A stretch of 63,932 nt of DNA, counting the filler, from a bacterium (GTDB lineage Bacteria > UBP15 > UBA6099 > JAJRTR01), in assembly GCA_024278215.1 (NCBI GenBank). It is 4 parts of 4 records of this genome, joined end to end, with 100 filler letters (N's around TTAATTAATTAA, not from the genome) between each part and the next. Parts side by side here need not be neighbours in the genome. Positions count along the whole stretch, not along the records: positions 41,502 to 60,877 come from JAJRTR010000056.1; positions 60,978 to 63,932 come from JAJRTR010000097.1; 2 more parts are not named here. One strand, written 5' to 3'. Positions 58,348-63,932 of the stretch are shown here, one piece after another (position 1 is the first letter of the stretch; every line of letters begins with the position of its first letter). The notes beneath the pieces were generated by a model. That model ran no database searches, was not told the origin of the DNA, and was given only the letters and a program-made list of their open reading frames with translations. A program made the position numbers and the translations under genes.

Positions 58348-59961
58348 ATGAAGACCAACAGACAAAACGATGGCAACGACGACGCAATATTGAAGGATTC
58401 ACCGTATTTCCTTTCAGAGAACACAGACGTGAAGACCGCCCTGTTGAAAGACGATTCCGAAACGAAAATACTCAGGGCGCTCCTCGAGCGGCCCGGATTC
58501 AGTATCCGCGCTCGTCTGGCGCTGGGATTCCTGTTGTTTTTCGCCTTGAGCGTGGGCATCACCATCACCGCGTACATCGCCCTCAATCACATGGAGCGCA
58601 AATTGATTTTCCTGGAAGTTGCCGATCTATTCACAAATGAGATACAACAGGCCCGCCGGTACGAGAAAAATTTCTTTCTGTACGGTTCCGACATTTCCAA
58701 TGTCCTGGAGCATATAGACATCGCCGATCAGCTTCTGGACTCCGCCAGAAGCGAGCTGGTCTCGGTAGTCGGCGAAAAAAACATGCGAACGATGGAGAGC
58801 CATCTTAGTAAATACAAGAAACTCGTCATTAAAATAAATACACTCAGCATTGATCAGGAATCCTCCGAACTACCCGAATACAAGGAAATAGCCGAAGAGC
58901 TTCGCTCGCACGGCACGGAGATGCTATCGTTCGCAATCGACATGTCACGCAAAGAGCGCGACAAAGTCAATGACATGATACGTGTCGCCAAAATGGCTCC
59001 CGTCGTCTTTTCGATTATCATTTTTCTGCTTATGCTCTACGAGACCAATTTCCTTGCCCGGCACATTATCCGCCGCCTCAACCGACTCATGGAAGCCACC
59101 CAGCGTGTGGCGAACGGCGATTTCACCCCCATCATGCCACATCGCCGCTTCCGCGACGAGTTCACCAACCTCGCGGTGGCCATGAACAGCATGATGAGCC
59201 AGCTCATGCACCGCCATGAAATCCTGGTGCGCTCACATAAACTCCGCGCGGTGGGCACACTCACCGCAGGCGTAGCCCACGAACTGAACAACCCGATAAA
59301 CAATATCATGCTCACCTCGGAAATGCTGAAGGAGGATTACAGCGAACTCTCCGACGAAGAACGACTCGACATGGTGTCCGACCTGGTGAGCCAGGCGGAA
59401 AGAGCGCGGAAAATCGTCAGCAACCTCCTCGATTTCGCCCGGGAAAGCGAGATCGAACCGGAATTGCTCGATGTCGGACAGATTATTCGTGAAACTCTCG
59501 CGCTGGTCGGCAACCAGTTGAAGCTCCACAACGTGAAGCCGCAACTGGACATTGCACACAACCTGTCTCCCGTTCACGGTGACAAACAGCACCTCAGCCA
59601 GGTTTTCTTCAACCTGATTATGAACGCGATCGACGCAATGCCCGAGGGCGGGAAACTCATAATAAACGTATCGAACTCATCCTTCGAGGCCTCCTTTCTG
59701 GAAGTAAGAATAAGTGATACGGGGAAAGGTATCCCCGAGCATTTGATAGGCTCCATATTCGACCCGTTCTTCACCACCAAACCTACCGGCAAGGGAACCG
59801 GGCTGGGACTTTCCGTTTCCATGGGTATCATCAGAAAACACGGGGGCGCCATCCGGGTGGAAAGCAAAGTCGGCGAAGGGACGTCCTTTTCAATCCTGCT
59901 GCCCATCTCCACGGTGCCGGCCGAGATCATGCACGAAAAATCTCAGAAAAACGGGGAATGA
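58348..59961 (+). CDS. Sensor histidine kinase (HAMP, HisKA, HATPase)
   Basis: Two TM helices; AHELNNP, NLIMNA, DTGKGI and GTGLGL boxes. Confidence 0.92.
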   Translation: MKTNRQNDGNDDAILKDSPYFLSENTDVKTALLKDDSETKILRALLERPGFSIRARLALGFLLFFALSVGITITAYIALNHMERKLIFLEVADLFTNEIQQARRYEKNFFLYGSDISNVLEHIDIADQLLDSARSELVSVVGEKNMRTMESHLSKYKKLVIKINTLSIDQESSELPEYKEIAEELRSHGTEMLSFAIDMSRKERDKVNDMIRVAKMAPVVFSIIIFLLMLYETNFLARHIIRRLNRLMEATQRVANGDFTPIMPHRRFRDEFTNLAVAMNSMMSQLMHRHEILVRSHKLRAVGTLTAGVAHELNNPINNIMLTSEMLKEDYSELSDEERLDMVSDLVSQAERARKIVSNLLDFARESEIEPELLDVGQIIRETLALVGNQLKLHNVKPQLDIAHNLSPVHGDKQHLSQVFFNLIMNAIDAMPEGGKLIINVSNSSFEASFLEVRISDTGKGIPEHLIGSIFDPFFTTKPTGKGTGLGLSVSMGIIRKHGGAIRVESKVGEGTSFSILLPISTVPAEIMHEKSQKNGE

Positions 59962-60265
59962 GAAACAATTCACAGCTGCATTTACAAGAAAAACCTTGTG
60001 TGTTTCTGAAAAACGATATTATTCGCTTCGCACGGATTGATTCCTGTTCCGAGGACAATATCTACAAGCAAAAATAGTTGCCGTCCCGATCGAAGCGAAT
60101 AATTCCCACAGAGTTCAGTCTGTGGCGAAAGATGTTTCCGTCGATGGGCACTTCGTAACATTATATGTAAAGCTGGTATTTTTTCTTGTTTGGTCCTATT
60201 CTATTCGGCGGGTATGTGAATACATGATAATATTGTTGAAAGGTAAATAACAGGTTGCAACATTT

Positions 60266-60877
60266 ATGAAAGACAGCATTTTATCTGCGATTAACAAGGT
60301 GTCCTCGAACTATGTGAGAAAATGGATCGGATTGAGTATCCTTATAGGAATAGCAGCCGGACTGGGTGCAATACTTTTTTTCTGGGCTATCAGAGAAGTC
60401 TCCGATCTCCTGATGGTAGCCGGTGCGGGCTATAAGCCACCTGCGCCGGCAGGGGAAGGTCCGACCATACTGACGGCAATAGCCCGGCCATGGCTGTTCC
60501 CGATCATCACGGGCCTGGGCGGTCTGGCAAGCGGACTCATAGTATATTCGTTTGCGCCGGAGGCTGAAGGACACGGCACGGATTCCGCTATAGATTCTTT
60601 TCACAATAAGGGTGGTTTCATCAGGCGGCGCGTTCCGATTGTCAAGGTTATTGCTTCCGCGATAACAATAGGTTCAGGCGGTAGCGCCGGGCGTGAGGGT
60701 CCGACAGCCCAGATAGCCGCGGGCGTGGGGTCCGCACTCGCAGACCTTTTCAGACTTAAGCCGCATGACCGGCGGTTGGCTATGGCGGTGGGGATCGGCG
60801 CGGGGATCGGCGCGATATTCAAAGCGCCTCTCGGCGGTGCCATACTCAGTATGGAGATTCTCTACCGTCGCGATTTC
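60266..60877 (+). CDS. ClC-family chloride channel/transporter, 3'-truncated
   Basis: [14 protein letters not shown] and FKAPLGG motifs. Confidence 0.9.
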
Positions 60878-60977
60878 NNNNNNNNNNNNNNNNNNNNNNN
60901 NNNNNNNNNNNNNNNNNNNNNTTAATTAATTAANNNNNNNNNNNNNNNNNNNNNNNNNNNNNNNNNNNNNNNNNNNN
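60878..60977. other. Artificial contig spacer
   Basis: N44-TTAATTAATTAA-N44. Confidence 0.97.
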
Positions 60978-61117
60978 CCTGAGGCATTCACTTCCCGAAT
61001 TTCTCTTTGCCGGGGATAATCAGGCCGACCTTGCGTTATTCATCCTCGAAAACGCCGACCCTGGTAGATTACCTGACTTTCGCCTTGCAGCTTGATGGTA
61101 AACTTGGTACTGTCCAG
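60978..61117 (-). mobile_element. End of the same unidentified insertion sequence as 41261-41400
   Basis: 140-bp exact reverse-complement match, located at a contig start. Confidence 0.7.
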
Positions 61118-61278
61118 AAAGGAAGAGAAAGGAAAATACAAAGAGCACTATAAAGCAAATCATCATTCCGCTTGCAATAGGAATAATTGTTGCAATGTTT
61201 GCATTCTTTCTGGGGAGAACTTTTCAGTAATATTTCACGCCGCTGATTTATTGTCTTGCACGCCGGTCGACCGCTTGT

Positions 61279-61785
61279 TCACTTCTGATCATTCCTGCCC
61301 CGTTCAACTTCTTCGGAAATAAAATCATGATAAGCGTCGATACCGCCGTCGAGGATGAACACGCGCGACACGCCCGAGGATGATATCAGCTTCGCGGCCC
61401 AAATCATACGTTCGCGGTTGTCGCTCACGACGAGGCACACTTTGACATTCGCCATTTCCGCAAGTTTTGTTTTCAGTTCGGATGCCGCGACATTCACGGA
61501 ACCTTCGACCCTGTCGCCGTCGCGGGCGAAGGCGCGCGGCGGTCTGATGTCGATAATCGCGGCGCCCTGCTCGCGCAGCCTGGCGACACTCTCCGGCCCC
61601 GCAGTATCGAAGCTCGCGCCCTCCGCAGCCTCGCGCGACTGCTTTCTCACCTTCACTATCAGCACAACCGCCGTGGCGACCGCCAGTATTATAAAGATTA
61701 TTCTTGATATTATTCCCACTTTTTCCGCCCTCGCAGATCTTTCACATTGTGAATTATAAACTTTTCCAACAGATGTAACAAACAA
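61279..61785 (-). CDS. Membrane-anchored rhodanese-like protein
   Basis: TM helix; IIDIRP, VEGSVN and FILDGGI.AY motifs. Confidence 0.75.
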   Translation of the reverse strand: MFVTSVGKVYNSQCERSARAEKVGIISRIIFIILAVATAVVLIVKVRKQSREAAEGASFDTAGPESVARLREQGAAIIDIRPPRAFARDGDRVEGSVNVAASELKTKLAEMANVKVCLVVSDNRERMIWAAKLISSSGVSRVFILDGGIDAYHDFISEEVERGRNDQK

Positions 61786-61998
61786 TAATACATTTGGCGG
61801 TGATAAGTAACATGGTGCTCAATCAGTAGACTGGACTATAACGATGTCTCCGGCTACTCTGTACAGGAGTGTATGGACAGGTATCTTGAATTTCGAAGGG
61901 AAGGCCTGGACAAATTTAGTGAAGAAGTACGATAGGTGTCATAAGGCAGGTTCCTCTTTATTGAGGAGCCTGCTTAATTCATTCCCGGGAGACGAGCA

Positions 61999-62664
61999 AT
62001 GAGAATAATCGCTTTGGCAATCCTGTTTATCAGCATTCCTGTAATGGCATTGACCGTGGGCTTTGACGGTCAGGATTCCAACCCGCTTGTACAGCAAAGA
62101 GTGTTCACCTGGATACAACACAACCAGGTGCATACTATATTTCGTTTCGAGATTCTAAATATAAAAGAAGAACTTGAAAGGCACAAGCAGGGAAGAGTTG
62201 ACGATAACAATGTAAGAGAGCTTCTTAGCGCTGTTGATATTATCAAAGGTGGAGAACAAAAATTCTTTTTACTTGCCCCGGACGATTATTGCCTGACAGG
62301 GTACGCGCTCGAGTACATATTGCAGTCATGGATGGCGCAAATAGCTGAAATGAACGGTGAATCCGAACTAAGCCTGAAACACGAGGCCGGCATGAATGAA
62401 ATCCTCGAAATAGACTGGTACAGGGATATGGAAGAGTTGACCGGACTGTTCATGTACCCTGAAAAGGTCAATGAAGAGGTAGACATAGCCGCGAAGAAAT
62501 ATGCAAAGGAGTTCGCGCGGCTTCAACAGGCGGAAGATTTTGACTTGAAAGATACAATGCAAATGAAAGCGTATTTGAAAAGGTATCTGCTAAAACCGTT
62601 TTGCACAGAACCGCCGATTGTAGATATGGTATTGGATAAAGTCCTTTTTTTCGAAACCGAGTAA
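61999..62664 (+). CDS. Exported hypothetical protein
   Basis: Signal peptide MRIIALAILFISIPVMA; RBS GGGAG. Confidence 0.7.
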   Translation: MRIIALAILFISIPVMALTVGFDGQDSNPLVQQRVFTWIQHNQVHTIFRFEILNIKEELERHKQGRVDDNNVRELLSAVDIIKGGEQKFFLLAPDDYCLTGYALEYILQSWMAQIAEMNGESELSLKHEAGMNEILEIDWYRDMEELTGLFMYPEKVNEEVDIAAKKYAKEFARLQQAEDFDLKDTMQMKAYLKRYLLKPFCTEPPIVDMVLDKVLFFETE

Positions 62665-62856
62665 TGCTTGAACCTGTGTGTTTTTCGATATTATGCTGGA
62701 CCTGCGCGAATACGGATATTTTGTAAGAATTTCGGGGACACGACCGGAGTTTGTCCTTTAATTCCGTATCGTGTGCCGTGCTCAAACTGTTTTTGTTTGG
62801 GCACGACCGTCAGTGCTGATAAAACCGTAGATCGTGTTCCCGGAGAATTCTCATTT

Positions 62857-63034
62857 GAGCCAATTGCAAAATTATGTTCGTAGCGAGGTCGAGCGAAATT
62901 GTTCAGAGCAAGGCGGAGGTGTGAAATCCTCGCAGGCGTACTTGTAGAGTACGTCGAGGACGATTTCGCGCCGACAACGCAGCTATGGACAATAGCAGCC
63001 GACCGCAGCAGAATCATAATTTTGCAATTGGCTC
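62857..63034 (+). mobile_element. MITE family A, 178 bp
   Basis: Perfect 20-bp TIR GAGCCAATTGCAAAATTATG and 4-bp TSD ATTT. Confidence 0.88.
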
Positions 63035-63129
63035 ATTTGGTTGAAATATTACAACAAGCTTAATCACCAGCAAGATAATCCACATTTAAAGCAACGCACC
63101 CGACAAGCAATCCCGAGAGGGAGGAAGAT

Positions 63130-63525
63130 ATGGAAGCATTGAGTATGAGCGACGTGGTCGTGCTGGTCATGCTGCTGGCGATAGTGGCAAGCCGTGTGAT
63201 GAAGCTGGCGGGCTGGGACCGGGGCGCGTATATCGCGGACGAACTTGCCGGCGCGCTTCGCGACGCGCAGGGTCTTATAGCGGCGGCGAGAGACGGAGGC
63301 ACAGTGAATCTCGACAGGGCCGCGGAGGCCGTGGCCGCGCAGGTGAAGGGCGTCGAGGCGAAGGACGTCAGGCCGATTATCGAGTCGCTCGCAAGCAGGG
63401 CGGCGGACGACAGGTACGGTCTCAGCGTGCGGCTCGACAGCGGCGGCAACGTCAGTGTCGATCCCTCCGGCCTGGCCGCCAAGGCGGTCTACAAGGCCGG
63501 CAAGTGGCTGAAAAAGATTTTCTGA
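63130..63525 (+). CDS. Small membrane-anchored hypothetical protein
   Basis: RBS GAGGA; N-terminal TM, Ala-rich helices, basic amphipathic tail KWLKKIF. Confidence 0.7.
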   Translation: MEALSMSDVVVLVMLLAIVASRVMKLAGWDRGAYIADELAGALRDAQGLIAAARDGGTVNLDRAAEAVAAQVKGVEAKDVRPIIESLASRAADDRYGLSVRLDSGGNVSVDPSGLAAKAVYKAGKWLKKIF

Positions 63526-63587
63526 TCCGGCCGCATCAATATGTCGTTACACAGGCCGGTTCTTCGATCCGGCGAAACATTCTGCAA

Positions 63588-63631
63588 GGGGAGGGCAGGG
63601 GACTTATGGTTCCCTGCCCTCCCTCTTTTTT
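63588..63631 (+). terminator. Rho-independent terminator
   Basis: GGGAGGGCAGGG / CCCTGCCCTCCC stem followed by TCTTTTTT. Confidence 0.75.
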
Positions 63632-63763
63632 GTGGCTTTTCGACAATCAAAATTTATGCCGTCTCTTCTGCTTTTCAGAACCGACCGAAAATAAGCTATA
63701 ATCATGGAAGATTGATGTTTGACGCAGGATCACGCCTTAGCAACAGGGGGCCGAACAGCAATA

Positions 63764-63932
63764 GAGCCAATTTCAAAATTATGTTCGTAGTGAGGTCGAG
63801 CGAAATTGTTCAGAGCAAGGCGGAGGTGTAAAATCCTCGCAGGCGTACTTGTAGAGTACGTCGAGGACGATTTCGCGCCGACAACGCAGCTATGGACAAT
63901 AGCAGCCGACCGCAGCAGAATCAGAATTTTGC
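63764..63932 (+). mobile_element. MITE family A copy, cut by window end
   Basis: Near-identical to 62857-63034, same orientation. Confidence 0.85.

Noticed and set aside
59962-60265. Fluoride riboswitch upstream of the ClC gene
   Set aside because: The GGCGATGG..TGATG consensus was not found, and the channel has GREGP rather than the motif set I associate with fluoride-specific ClCs.
62857-63034. Family-A repeats as integron attC sites
   Set aside because: No RYYYAAC/GTTRRRY boxes, no integrase and no cassette array; TIRs with 4-bp TSDs point to transposition.
62691-63831. ORFs crossing MITEs (62668-62883, 62691-63017, 63541-63831; also 32396-32722, 49458-49688)
   Set aside because: Their shared peptides come from translating the repeat, and there is no coding evidence.
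1-63932. tRNA or rRNA genes
   Set aside because: No cloverleaf/T-loop or rRNA-like sequence recognised in the intergenic regions by eye.

Overview
The window is four contigs joined by 100-bp artificial spacers (N44-TTAATTAATTAA-N44 at 21709-21808, 41402-41501 and 60878-60977), so adjacency across spacers means nothing. Contig 1 (1-21708) is part of a siphovirus-like phage, with all genes on the + strand. It runs from a glycosyltransferase/sulfotransferase/radical-SAM trio, through neck and tail genes (with a -1 frameshift chaperone), a tape measure, one 1712-aa tail-tip protein and a lysis cassette, to a consensus sigma70 promoter, Cys-rich early genes, an ERF recombination module, an iteron-bearing replication initiator and a truncated RuvC. 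Contig 2 (21809-41401) is bacterial: an NtrC-type two-component system and a surface-glycan tailoring locus (GT2/GT4, B12-dependent and SPASM radical SAM, methyltransferases, an IS-interrupted sulfotransferase) containing three miniature mobile-element families. Contig 3 (41502-60877) has a lipoprotein, a probably non-catalytic GH2 membrane protein, a membrane metallopeptidase, a sigma54-driven USP/CMP-kinase-like/TauE operon, two PEP-synthase-like genes with a two-component system, and a ClC channel. Contig 4 (60978-63932) has an IS end, three small genes and two MITE copies. Best leads: (i) two PEP-synthase-like proteins with reciprocal active-site loss, suggesting a split phosphorelay; (ii) phage glycan-modifying enzymes within the virion operon; (iii) MITE families with different ends but a shared structured core, plus a third family that inserts at an identical position in one of them; (iv) a recurring N-terminal module linking the glycan-tailoring enzymes. 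All family assignments come from motif recognition by eye, not database searches.
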